Positions 29,744 to 38,913 of a DNA stretch of 64,000 nt are shown here, piece by piece. Each line of letters starts with the position of its first letter. Position 1 is the stretch's first letter. The position numbers and the translations under genes were made by a program. This DNA comes from Candidatus Bathyarchaeota archaeon (GTDB taxonomy: Archaea; Thermoproteota; Bathyarchaeia; Bathyarchaeales; Bathycorpusculaceae). The notes under the pieces were generated by a model, which saw only the letters and a program-made list of their open reading frames with translations, was not told the DNA's origin and ran no database searches. The stretch lies in contig CAWEPZ010000009.1 in NCBI GenBank assembly GCA_963811105.1, positions 160,001 through 224,000 of the forward strand, read 5' to 3'.

Positions 29744-31288
29744 TTATCCAGTTTGTCCAAATTGCACCGTTTGTATTAGGTTTAGGAAGAAGGTTGGGTA
29801 TATCCCTATTATTATTACCATAACTACGAGGATTGCAAGTGACAATTTCATGTAGTTTGGAATATCAAAGACTTTCTTTTCAGTCCCAATTTCGGTCTTA
29901 GGTTGACCCATGAAGACTTTTGAAATAAACCGAAGTGAATATGCAAGCGAAAGTACGGTCGCTATAAGCATAAAGGCAGTCGGTATGAGGTAAAAGCCAT
30001 CAACCTTTATTATTTCGAAGGCTCCGACGAAAATAAGAAACTCACTTATGAAACAAGCAAACGGCGGCGCTCCAGCTATACTTAATGCTGCGGTAACTGT
30101 TGAAAGTGTTGTAAACGGCATCTTACTAGCAAGTCCGCCCATATCACGAATATCTCTTTTTTCAGTTTGATGCATTACCGCTCCCGCGGAAAGGAAGAAG
30201 AGACCTTTACTTGCGGCGTGGCTTATGATGTGAAGAATAGTTCCCGTTATTGCAGTTGCTGAAGCAAGTATTACTACTGATCCTGCAAGTGCCGATGCTG
30301 GAAACAGGGAAATACCAAACAGTATGTACCCCATATGGGCAATGCTAGAATAAGCGATAACTCGTTTTATATCAGTTTCCACAAGTGCAATTAATGAGCC
30401 GAAGAAGGCTGAAATTATGCCGAAAATTGCCAAGGTATGCAGAAAGTCTAATCCAAAAGCTGGAGTGTTAGCCATGACTGCTGGAAAGACAACGCCTATG
30501 GATAAGCGTATAACTGCGTAAGCTCCTGCACTAATAATAACTCCACTAAGGAGTGCAGACATTGTTGCTGGAGCTTCAGAATGCGCATCAGGTAGCCACA
30601 TGTGTACCGGCACAATTGCCATTTTAACGGCGAACCCAGCAGTAAGCGCTACGAGAATCCACCGAACAATATCTGTGCTATTACTCATCAATGCGGCTTG
30701 TACTTGGAACATATCGGTGTAACCCGTAACCATATACATTGCACCTATGCCGAGCAGCACAAAGACAGCGCCTGCATGAGTGAATATGAATAGTTTGAAT
30801 GCTGCTTTGTACGAATCGCGATAACCCCAACTTCCCACAATAAAGTAGGCTGGAACAAGCATTAATTCCCAACAGAAGTAAAACAGAAGCAGATTGGATG
30901 TCAAGAATACGCCAACGAGACCAACGGATAATAGGGTAAGAAGGGCGTAATAAGCTGGAAGGTTCTTCTTACCCTCCATATAGTTTATGGAGAATAGAGC
31001 TGCTGCAATAATTAGAATGAGGCTGATTATTGCTATTGAAACGCTAATTCCATCAACGAATAGATTAAACTTTGCTTGAAGTATTTCGATCCATTGGTAA
31101 GTTTCAACATACCGGTGTGTTGAACTATTAAGAACCTCGGGAATAGTTGTAGCAATTAAAGCCAAATTAATTAGAGCTATTAAAGCAACGAAGATACCCG
31201 CAAATTTAGCTGATTTCTTTCCAACAAAATATACGAATGGTATGCTGATAGTAGGTATTATGAAGACTGAGAGTAATGCAAAGCCCAT
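29744..31288 (-). CDS. nuoM: NuoM-like antiporter subunit
   Basis: WELMLVPAY, PVHMWLPDAHSEAP, KRVIAYSSIAHMG, FISEF. Confidence 0.88.
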   Translation of the reverse strand: MGFALLSVFIIPTISIPFVYFVGKKSAKFAGIFVALIALINLALIATTIPEVLNSSTHRYVETYQWIEILQAKFNLFVDGISVSIAIISLILIIAAALFSINYMEGKKNLPAYYALLTLLSVGLVGVFLTSNLLLFYFCWELMLVPAYFIVGSWGYRDSYKAAFKLFIFTHAGAVFVLLGIGAMYMVTGYTDMFQVQAALMSNSTDIVRWILVALTAGFAVKMAIVPVHMWLPDAHSEAPATMSALLSGVIISAGAYAVIRLSIGVVFPAVMANTPAFGLDFLHTLAIFGIISAFFGSLIALVETDIKRVIAYSSIAHMGYILFGISLFPASALAGSVVILASATAITGTILHIISHAASKGLFFLSAGAVMHQTEKRDIRDMGGLASKMPFTTLSTVTAALSIAGAPPFACFISEFLIFVGAFEIIKVDGFYLIPTAFMLIATVLSLAYSLRFISKVFMGQPKTEIGTEKKVFDIPNYMKLSLAILVVMVIIIGIYPTFFLNLIQTVQFGQTG

Positions 31289-31292
31289 TTTT

Positions 31293-33359
31293 TTACACTC
31301 CTATAGTTAATATTATTAGTATTACGATTAGGATGAAACCAAGTACTGCAGCTGCAATATAATGTTGCAGAGATGTTGAAGGTGTCTTCTGCAATTTTGA
31401 AGCTCCTTTTAACGATTTATTTCCTAAGAGGCTTAAGAATTTATCCAATAAAGAGTCAAATTTCTGTATCTCTCCTGCACCTTCCACCGATCTACGAGCG
31501 ACTACATTTAAGAATTGATCAACTAAAACATCAAAGTAAGTATGCACTCCACCTGCAAACCGAGTAACGCCCCAAGCTACTGCTTGTGGGAAGCCACTGA
31601 AAGAATCTTCAAACCGTCCTAAACCCTCTGACAAACCCGCTATTCCTTTTACAACTGCCCCGTAAAAGTCATCAAAGAAATAAGCGTGGTTTAGCAGAGA
31701 CGAAATTGGGTTTTTGCTTGATGCAAGGCTTTTGAGTGTTTGGTTGTTCTTATAGTAAAATAGGTAAACAGCGAAACCTGTTGGGACTAAGAGCGCCAGA
31801 AAAATTGGCGTTTCTAAACTAATGAATGAGCCTAAGAGTGTGACGCCGATGTCTATATGCATAAAGGTCATTACCAAAGGTTCGGCTAAACCCCAAACAA
31901 TGCATAATCCTGCTAGTATCATAGCTGGGTACAGCATAACTTTTGGAGCTTCATGTGGGTGCTGCTTAACTAAGTGCTCTGACTCATTTCCCATGAAAAC
32001 TAGAGTCACGAATCGCAAGGAATAAGCAAATGTGATTGCGGTAGTTGCGTAAATCAAAACTGTCTGCGCTAGACTTCCCGCGTCAGTAACACTAGTAATT
32101 ACTAACCCTTTGCTGAAGAAAGCTGCAAATGGAGGTAATCCGCTCGTAGTTATAACCATTATAGCTGCTAAAATGAATGTGACTGGCATAGCTTTACGCA
32201 AGCCGCCCATTAACCGCATGTCGCGGGTGCCGAGTGCATGTATGATGCCACCTGCGAGAAGGAATCCGAGGCCTTCGAAGAATGCGTGGCTCATCATATG
32301 GAATAGACTTGCAAACCAGCCGACTGATGTAGCGACGACTACAGTTTGTGCCATAGCTGTACCTAATGCAGCCATCATGAAGCCGAGTTGGCTAATAGTT
32401 GAGTATGCAAGAACTCCTTTGATGTCATTTGTGGTAAAAGCAAGTGTTGCACCGACAAACGCGGTTAGAACACCTATCCAAGCAACGGTCGGCATCCAAT
32501 AAGGTTGCAAAGCGTAAATTATTGCTGGAGCAGCTGCTGCTATTAGAATAAATCTTGCAAGAAGATAAATGCCTGCCTTAACCATTGTTGCAGAATGTAA
32601 AAGGGCGCTGACTGATGTTGGTGCTTCCATCGCGCTATAAAGCCAAGTGAATAATGGAAGTTGAGCTGATTTAGCAACAGCACCGCCTAAAACTAAGAAA
32701 GCAATCGTGACCATTAGTCCGGTGTTTAATGTTCCGTTGCCTGCCTGTGTTTGGATAGCGCTTATTATTCCATGGAAGCTAAAAGTCTGAAAAGCAAAAT
32801 ATAGCAGTCCTATCGCCGCCAGTAAGCACACATCACCTATGCGTGTCATTATGAACACTTTGGTGCCTGCACGTACTGATTCTGGGCGTTTATACCAAAA
32901 TGAAATTAAAGAATATGAACATAAGCCCACCATTTCCCAGAAAATGAACATTTGGAGCATGTTGTCTGAGATAACGAGGCCTATCATTGAGCCTATGAAG
33001 AGTAGTATTAGGAAGTAGTATCGTGTTAATCCTTCTTCACCTTTCATGTACCCCAAAGAGTAAATGACAATGATTAATCCAAAGAAAGCTACAAGTACCG
33101 TGAACAACACGCTGAGCGGATCAATGAATACCCCTGCGGTAATGCCTCCAATCCAATCAACCGTTGCTCCGGTAGCTGCTCCAGAGCCGAAAAATACGCC
33201 TGGTACGAGGGAAAGAGCCAAGCCAGCAGTAGCCGCAGAGATTGCTATAACGAAGTAGTTTCGGATTTTGTCGCCTTTTTTAGCGATTAATGGAACAAAC
33301 AAACTTGCAATGAGAGGTAGTGTCCAAACTAGCCATGCAGAGGTAGTGTCAATTGACAT
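31293..33359 (-). CDS. nuoL: NuoL-like antiporter subunit
   Basis: WEMVGLCSYSLI, AKSAQLPLFTWL..AMEAPTSVSALLHSATMV, AYSTISQLG, long C-terminal lateral helix. Confidence 0.9.
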   Translation of the reverse strand: MSIDTTSAWLVWTLPLIASLFVPLIAKKGDKIRNYFVIAISAATAGLALSLVPGVFFGSGAATGATVDWIGGITAGVFIDPLSVLFTVLVAFFGLIIVIYSLGYMKGEEGLTRYYFLILLFIGSMIGLVISDNMLQMFIFWEMVGLCSYSLISFWYKRPESVRAGTKVFIMTRIGDVCLLAAIGLLYFAFQTFSFHGIISAIQTQAGNGTLNTGLMVTIAFLVLGGAVAKSAQLPLFTWLYSAMEAPTSVSALLHSATMVKAGIYLLARFILIAAAAPAIIYALQPYWMPTVAWIGVLTAFVGATLAFTTNDIKGVLAYSTISQLGFMMAALGTAMAQTVVVATSVGWFASLFHMMSHAFFEGLGFLLAGGIIHALGTRDMRLMGGLRKAMPVTFILAAIMVITTSGLPPFAAFFSKGLVITSVTDAGSLAQTVLIYATTAITFAYSLRFVTLVFMGNESEHLVKQHPHEAPKVMLYPAMILAGLCIVWGLAEPLVMTFMHIDIGVTLLGSFISLETPIFLALLVPTGFAVYLFYYKNNQTLKSLASSKNPISSLLNHAYFFDDFYGAVVKGIAGLSEGLGRFEDSFSGFPQAVAWGVTRFAGGVHTYFDVLVDQFLNVVARRSVEGAGEIQKFDSLLDKFLSLLGNKSLKGASKLQKTPSTSLQHYIAAAVLGFILIVILIILTIGV

Positions 33360-33676
33360 TAGATTTCCTCCTCACTTTCGCCTGTCTCTTCACTTATTCT
33401 CACTATTTCGCTTATGTCGCTTGTTCCATATTTTTTAGATACGATAACAAGCAAAGCTAAGATTACTGCACTAACTGCAGTATCAGTAGAAAATGCTAGT
33501 ATTAGGAAAGCTTCTCCCAATCCTTTACCCGCAACGGAAGAAAGCGTAACAAAGTTGAGCGTGGCTCCAGTTGCGATTAACTCCACAGAAATGAATACTT
33601 TCAATAGGTGACGTTTGGTTAATAGACCGTATATGCCAATTGACAGCATTACAAGTGATAGTATCACAAAATCCAT
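33359..33676 (-). CDS. nuoK: NuoK-like subunit
   Basis: IGIYGLLTKR...ISVEL, 3 TM. Confidence 0.85.
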   Translation of the reverse strand: MDFVILSLVMLSIGIYGLLTKRHLLKVFISVELIATGATLNFVTLSSVAGKGLGEAFLILAFSTDTAVSAVILALLVIVSKKYGTSDISEIVRISEETGESEEEI

Positions 33677-34137
33677 TATTTACCACCACTCCTCTTCTGA
33701 TGCAAAACGATACCAATTCCTAAAGCAACCATTAATATTACTAAACCTTGTAAAATAACGTCAACGCCTCTAAGATTCCACAAAGCATCACCAAAAGTAA
33801 TATCCGAGCTGGCGCCTGCCGAACCGGAAACGGAAAGGAAAAATGCAGGCAATGATAAAATCACGCCAGCACTCATCAATGCAGCAGTGCTTTTTGCCGA
33901 AGTCTTCTTAGTTGGCTTATCACTAAGCATTTCGCCGGAAAGGAATAGGATGGCTAATGTACCCACGCCCACCGCAAACTGGAAAATAGCCACGTAAATC
34001 GCCCCGTTTGCTATATAAATTAATGATGTAAATAGAAAGGTACCAGCCAAAGCTGCAACAGAATAAACTGCTTCGTCTAGAAAAAGAGCAAAACAGGCGG
34101 AAACAATTAAACCGATTGATAGGATCTCAAAAATCAT
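33676..34137 (-). CDS. nuoJ: NuoJ-like subunit
   Basis: AVYSVAAL, AIFQFAVGVG, LWNLRGVDV; position in operon. Confidence 0.8.
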   Translation of the reverse strand: MIFEILSIGLIVSACFALFLDEAVYSVAALAGTFLFTSLIYIANGAIYVAIFQFAVGVGTLAILFLSGEMLSDKPTKKTSAKSTAALMSAGVILSLPAFFLSVSGSAGASSDITFGDALWNLRGVDVILQGLVILMVALGIGIVLHQKRSGGK

Positions 34138-34517
34138 TGCTTTACCTCCTTCGCACTTTCTGCGTGAGGCTTCATAATTAATGAGGATTTATCGGTGGTA
34201 GCTAACTCATAAAATACTGAGCTTTTTATTGCGTTTCTTGGGCAACTTTCTGCACATTGATAACAGAAAATGCAACTGTCTAACTTGAATTGTGGACGTC
34301 TTTTGCCTTCAACTTCAACCATTTCAATTGCTTTTGCAGGACAATCTCTGCTGCATAGACCGCAACTGACGCATAACTTAATGTCAAATACTTGTTGTCC
34401 ACGGTAATCTTCAGGGAGCGTAGGCTTGACAAACGGGTATTTGGTTGTTGCTGGTTTGGAAAAAATATGTGATACCGCTCTTTTGAACATTGGAGATATA
34501 CGTGCTTTCTTCGCCAT
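34134..34517 (-). CDS. nuoI: NuoI-like 2x[4Fe-4S] subunit
   Basis: TTKYP, CVSCGLCSRDCP and CIFCYQCAESCP. Confidence 0.9.
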   Translation of the reverse strand: MAKKARISPMFKRAVSHIFSKPATTKYPFVKPTLPEDYRGQQVFDIKLCVSCGLCSRDCPAKAIEMVEVEGKRRPQFKLDSCIFCYQCAESCPRNAIKSSVFYELATTDKSSLIMKPHAESAKEVKQ

Positions 34518-34530
34518 TTTTTCTACACCA

Positions 34531-35520
34531 CTAATGATAAATCCACGTAACCATTGCGACTGTTAGTATAAGCGACAATATCGCTGCGGGCAATAGTATC
34601 TTCCAATTAGCATTTAATACTTGATCAATGCGCAGTCTCGCAAAAACACATGTTATGTACTCGGTAATTACAACTATTACTAGCAGTTTAAGCACAAACC
34701 ACAACGTATACCAAAACGCTGGCAACCCAAAGAATACTGGCCCATTTGGTCCGCCAAGGAATAATTCAACAACTAATGCTGCGCCGAAAACAATTTGCAC
34801 GTCGCGTGTTAAGTGAAGGAAAGCCAATTTACCTCCTGTATATTCAGTTTCTAATCCACCAACAACTTCGCTTTCTGCATGCGGAATGTCAAAAGGATCT
34901 TTTTCCAGCTCTGCCTGCAAAGTTATAACAAACAGCACAAAAGCCCATGGAGCCAAAATAATGAACGGGATAAATGGCGTTACCTGGCTTGAGGTTATGG
35001 CGAATATGCTTAAACTTCCAGCGATATACGCAGGTGTTAAGGCAAGTAAAGTAAGCGGTATATCATAACCTAAAAACTGTGTTAATACTCTTGCCGAACC
35101 GATAGAGCCATACGGGTTACAAGATGCCCATCCTGAGAGGAATAACAAAAAGTTTGCAATTGTAACAAACGCCAAAATAACAATCAAGTCACCGTTAAAT
35201 CCACTAGTTGAAAGCACGCTCGCCCCATCAATGGGCAGGAAACACATAGCAAAAACCATAATTGTAAACGCCACAAGCGGTGCAAACCTGAAAACTAATT
35301 TCTTAACGTCTCTTGGCTCAATATCCTCTTTCGTTAGTAGCTTAATGAAGTCAGCTAAAGGCTGAAGGATTCCACCTGGTCCTGCAACCATTGGACCAAC
35401 ACGGTTTTGTATGCGAGCTTCAATTTTCCGCTCAATCCAATCGCAAAACAAAGTTAACAGTAAGATAAAAGCGAAGCCGGGAAAGATCAAGATGCGCAAG
35501 ATTAGAAAAAAATCAATCAT
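34531..35520 (-). CDS. nuoH: NuoH-like membrane subunit
   Basis: ERKIEARIQNRVGP, QPLADFIKLLTKE, PFDIPHAESE, RLRIDQ. Confidence 0.92.
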   Translation of the reverse strand: MIDFFLILRILIFPGFAFILLLTLFCDWIERKIEARIQNRVGPMVAGPGGILQPLADFIKLLTKEDIEPRDVKKLVFRFAPLVAFTIMVFAMCFLPIDGASVLSTSGFNGDLIVILAFVTIANFLLFLSGWASCNPYGSIGSARVLTQFLGYDIPLTLLALTPAYIAGSLSIFAITSSQVTPFIPFIILAPWAFVLFVITLQAELEKDPFDIPHAESEVVGGLETEYTGGKLAFLHLTRDVQIVFGAALVVELFLGGPNGPVFFGLPAFWYTLWFVLKLLVIVVITEYITCVFARLRIDQVLNANWKILLPAAILSLILTVAMVTWIYH

Positions 35521-35531
35521 GCAGGTTCAGG

Positions 35532-37124
35532 TCACCGGTCAGTACATGAGAAGCATGGGTCTAAACTAACGAAATTCGGGGGAACATCAGCTATGTTCTC
35601 GCCTATTGCGGTTTTTAGGAATGCTGGAATGTTAGCGTATGTTGGAGTACGCACTTTAACTCGCTCGGGAAAGGCTGTGCCGTTACTTTTTATGTAACAA
35701 AATAGTTCGCCTCTTGGAGCTTCAACTCGGTTAACGGCTTCGCCTGCAGGGACAACTCTTGGCACTTTAACCCTGAATGGCCCTGCTGGCAGATGATCTA
35801 TTGTGTATTCAATTATGTTGATGCTTTCTTCAACCTCGTCCAAGCGAACGTTCATTCTTGCCCAAGTATCCCCATCAGTGTAGACTATTTCTTTGAACGG
35901 AATCTCAGCGTACGCTTCATAAGGCTCATCCTTGCGAACATCAATGTCCACACCTGATCCACGAGCTACTGGACCAACAACGCCTAATTTTAGCGCGTCT
36001 TCTCTTTTAAGCACCCCAACGTTTTTCATACGTGCTCTAAGCGACGGCTCATTTTCGTAAACTTGCCTGTAGAACGGTAGTTTCTTTCTAAGGTCGACCA
36101 TTGTGGATTTTATTTTGGGTATGTCGGTGTCTTTTAAGTCGCGTCTTACACCGCCAATAGTAATAATTGATGGATAAACTCTGTTACCACTGGTAAGCTC
36201 AATTAAGTCCATGATTGGTTCTCGATCTCTCCAGAAATACTGGAATAATGTTTCATAACCAATTTCTAGTCCCGCATGGCCCAAGGTTAAGAAGTGGCTA
36301 TGCAGCCTGTTGAGTTCTAAAGCTAGAACTCGCAAATACTTTGCTCTCTGTGGAACTTCAGTCTTCAATATTTTTTCAACGGTTTCACAATAATCGCACG
36401 CATGGATCGTAGTGCATATACCGCAAATTCGCTCAACCAAGTAGATATCTTGTAAGTAAGTCCGTGACTCAGAAGCCTTCTCAATGCCTCGATGCACGTA
36501 ACCTATACGTGGCTCCACTTTCGTCACAGTTTCTCCGTCAACAGTAACGGCAAACTTCTCAGGCTCCAAAAGCGCTGGGTGCTGTGGACCAATTATGATT
36601 TTTACAACCCTTTTGTCTTCGGGTTGCTTCTCAACTTCCTGTGATGGAGGATTGAGTTTTACTTCGTTAGCTTTAACATCTTTTCTCAATGGATAAATAC
36701 CTTGAGGCCAATTTTCCGCCAAGACAAAGTGCCCTGGAAGCGGATTTCCCTCGAAGACTACGCCGAAAAGGTCTGTGACTTCTAGTTCATGGAAGGTGGC
36801 GCTTGGAGCAATATCGGTTATTGTTTGAATTTTCGGGTTTTCTTTGGGAACTTCCGTACGTATTGTTAAAAGTGAGTTTGAAGTTCGAACATGGTATAAT
36901 ACGCCCAGGTTTGCTCCAAGGTCTAAGCCTGTGATGGCTACAACGGCAGTATATTCATCGGCCTCTACCATGGCTTTCATTACATCTCTATGTAAGCCAT
37001 TGCTTGTTACTATTGTGGCTTTACCAAGTTGACCTAACTGAATTTGGATTTTATCTTTAAGTTTTGATTCAATTACATTTACAATATCTATATTACTTTG
37101 TGGCATCTGGTTTTTCCTCCTCAA
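35532..37124 (-). CDS. Group 4 [NiFe]-hydrogenase large subunit fused to NuoC-like domain
   Basis: N-part ELEVTDLFGVVFEG..YPLRKD (NuoC); GPQHP, HRGIEK, ERICGIC (L1), C-terminal DPCFSCTDR (L2); likely start ATG 37106. Confidence 0.92.
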   Translation of the reverse strand: MRRKNQMPQSNIDIVNVIESKLKDKIQIQLGQLGKATIVTSNGLHRDVMKAMVEADEYTAVVAITGLDLGANLGVLYHVRTSNSLLTIRTEVPKENPKIQTITDIAPSATFHELEVTDLFGVVFEGNPLPGHFVLAENWPQGIYPLRKDVKANEVKLNPPSQEVEKQPEDKRVVKIIIGPQHPALLEPEKFAVTVDGETVTKVEPRIGYVHRGIEKASESRTYLQDIYLVERICGICTTIHACDYCETVEKILKTEVPQRAKYLRVLALELNRLHSHFLTLGHAGLEIGYETLFQYFWRDREPIMDLIELTSGNRVYPSIITIGGVRRDLKDTDIPKIKSTMVDLRKKLPFYRQVYENEPSLRARMKNVGVLKREDALKLGVVGPVARGSGVDIDVRKDEPYEAYAEIPFKEIVYTDGDTWARMNVRLDEVEESINIIEYTIDHLPAGPFRVKVPRVVPAGEAVNRVEAPRGELFCYIKSNGTAFPERVKVRTPTYANIPAFLKTAIGENIADVPPNFVSLDPCFSCTDR

Positions 37125-37659
37125 TTATAGTTTTAACTTCTTGTGGAACTGGGGCTTCTTGTTTTGGCACTTCTGACGTTTTTGGCTTTTCCTGGAGATC
37201 CTCAAGAGCTTCGTCTTTCTTGGGCTGTTTCTTTGGTTTAGTCGGATTGAGAGCATTTAGTAGTTTAACTACGCCATCCATCAATGCTTCAGGACGTGGC
37301 GGACATCCAGGTATGTAAGCTGTTACCGGAATAACTTTGTCTACTCCGCCCTCTACGCCGTAGCACCCGGAAAAAACTCCGCCTGAACATGCACATGCGC
37401 CAATGGCTACCACAAATTTGGGTTGTGGCATTTGGTCATACACTCTTTTTAGGCGTTCGGTGCATTGTTTTGTAACGGCGCCTGTTACCAGCAATACGTC
37501 GGCATGTCGGGGGGAAGGTTCTAGTTTTACGCCAAAGCGTTCAACATCGTATTTTGGAGTAAGCAACGAGACTATTTCAATGTCGCATCCGTTGCAGGCG
37601 CCTGAATTGAAGTGTAATACCCAAGGGGACTTTACACGTGCCCAAGTAACTGTGTTCAT
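37093..37659 (-). CDS. nuoB: NuoB-like hydrogenase small subunit
   Basis: GACNGCDIE, PRHAD, GACACSGG, IPGCPPRP. Confidence 0.92.
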   Translation of the reverse strand: MNTVTWARVKSPWVLHFNSGACNGCDIEIVSLLTPKYDVERFGVKLEPSPRHADVLLVTGAVTKQCTERLKRVYDQMPQPKFVVAIGACACSGGVFSGCYGVEGGVDKVIPVTAYIPGCPPRPEALMDGVVKLLNALNPTKPKKQPKKDEALEDLQEKPKTSEVPKQEAPVPQEVKTIIEEEKPDATK

Positions 37660-37661
37660 CT

Positions 37662-38018
37662 TTATTCTTTACCTCCTTCCAAAAGAACTAAACCTGCGGC
37701 AAGAATTATGCCTAGATAAAGAACTAAGTAAATAGGGTTTGTTCCTGCTAACGTGAAAGAAGCAAAAGCCAGTAAAAGAACTGATGAGTCAAAAATTACA
37801 AAGTAAATCAGATATTTGTACAATGATACGTTGACTTTTAAACCGTGGAATGATACTTTTTCTCCACAGGCGTATGAGGCTTGCTCATTTTCACTTATGG
37901 TGGTTTTCGGGGCTGATCTCTTACCCAAAGTGTAGATTGCGAATGTTGATACGAATATTAATACAAGGGCGATGAGAGCTTCAAAAAGCATGTGATATTT
38001 CACCATTAATGCTTTCAT
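37662..38018 (-). CDS. nuoA: NuoA-like subunit
   Basis: YACGE loop and YKYLIYFVIFD; start probably MLFEAL after GGTGA. Confidence 0.85.
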   Translation of the reverse strand: MKALMVKYHMLFEALIALVLIFVSTFAIYTLGKRSAPKTTISENEQASYACGEKVSFHGLKVNVSLYKYLIYFVIFDSSVLLLAFASFTLAGTNPIYLVLYLGIILAAGLVLLEGGKE

Positions 38019-38226
38019 TTTTAGACATTAAAGCTTCCTCACAGGTAGCGTCAGGTTTGCAGTTGTTATAACCAACAGCGTAATTATGAACATATTTAAG
38101 GTTATCTGCATGAATACTGCGCAAACATACAAAGCCAGTATGCTTCAATAGATGAGGATCTTCAATCCCTAAATCAATGTCATCTAGACTGGATACTCTC
38201 TTTCCTACAGCTCTATGTTCTCCCAT
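37981..38226 (-). CDS. Hypothetical protein at head of hydrogenase operon
   Basis: 81-aa ORF with GGGG upstream; stop overlaps the nuoA start. Confidence 0.4.
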   Translation of the reverse strand: MGEHRAVGKRVSSLDDIDLGIEDPHLLKHTGFVCLRSIHADNLKYVHNYAVGYNNCKPDATCEEALMSKNESINGEISHAF

Positions 38227-38340
38227 ACTACCCCGAGCTAGTTCTCTATAAAATAATCCACTAAGATTTAAGTATTAAGAACAAAAAGGATGCAAACCAC
38301 ATGGACTTTAATTGAGGTATGGTAAACATGGAAAATCGCT

Positions 38341-38841
38341 TTATTCTGTTTCAGCCGTTCCATGCCATCTTCTTTCCAAATAAAGAATCAAACTGAAAAG
38401 TCCCCTGCTAGCGATAACAAGAATGAGCAGTTCAATCTCTGAAGTTCCGACAACTACAGTTCTTATGATTTCTGCACCAATAAAAATCTCTAAACCCAAT
38501 GTTAAATATCCAGCTAAATAACGCGTGGATAAGGATGGCTGGTAAGGATCCTTAAGTTTTCGCTGCAGAAATCTGATAATTACCAGAGATGCGCCAAAAG
38601 CAATCACACCGCCACCGAAAAGGTACAAAACGTCAGTTGTTAAGGTTAGGACCACATAAACTACTTGATAAATCGAACCCCCAAGCTTGTATGTTGTATC
38701 GCCAGGTAATAATGCAAAAACAAAGTTCGGGTCCATTAACGTCGTAACAGTGCCAATGACGGCAGCTATAACAACGATAAAAACAACTGCAACCGTTAAG
38801 GAACTGACTGCTGTGTTGCTTTCAACGGGATTTTCAGCCAT
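38341..38841 (-). CDS. DUF1622-like membrane protein
   Basis: LTLGLEIFIGAEIIRTV...R..S..L..E motif. Confidence 0.75.
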   Translation of the reverse strand: MAENPVESNTAVSSLTVAVVFIVVIAAVIGTVTTLMDPNFVFALLPGDTTYKLGGSIYQVVYVVLTLTTDVLYLFGGGVIAFGASLVIIRFLQRKLKDPYQPSLSTRYLAGYLTLGLEIFIGAEIIRTVVVGTSEIELLILVIASRGLFSLILYLERRWHGTAETE

Positions 38842-38913
38842 AAAATCAAGGCAGCCTTAATTTAATTTACAAATTAAGGCAGATTACCTTAATAAAGGTG
38901 ATTTAGCGGTCTC

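Noticed and set aside
28223-38018. NADH:quinone oxidoreductase or Fpo
   Set aside because: No NuoEFG, and the large subunit retains both Ni-binding CxxC motifs
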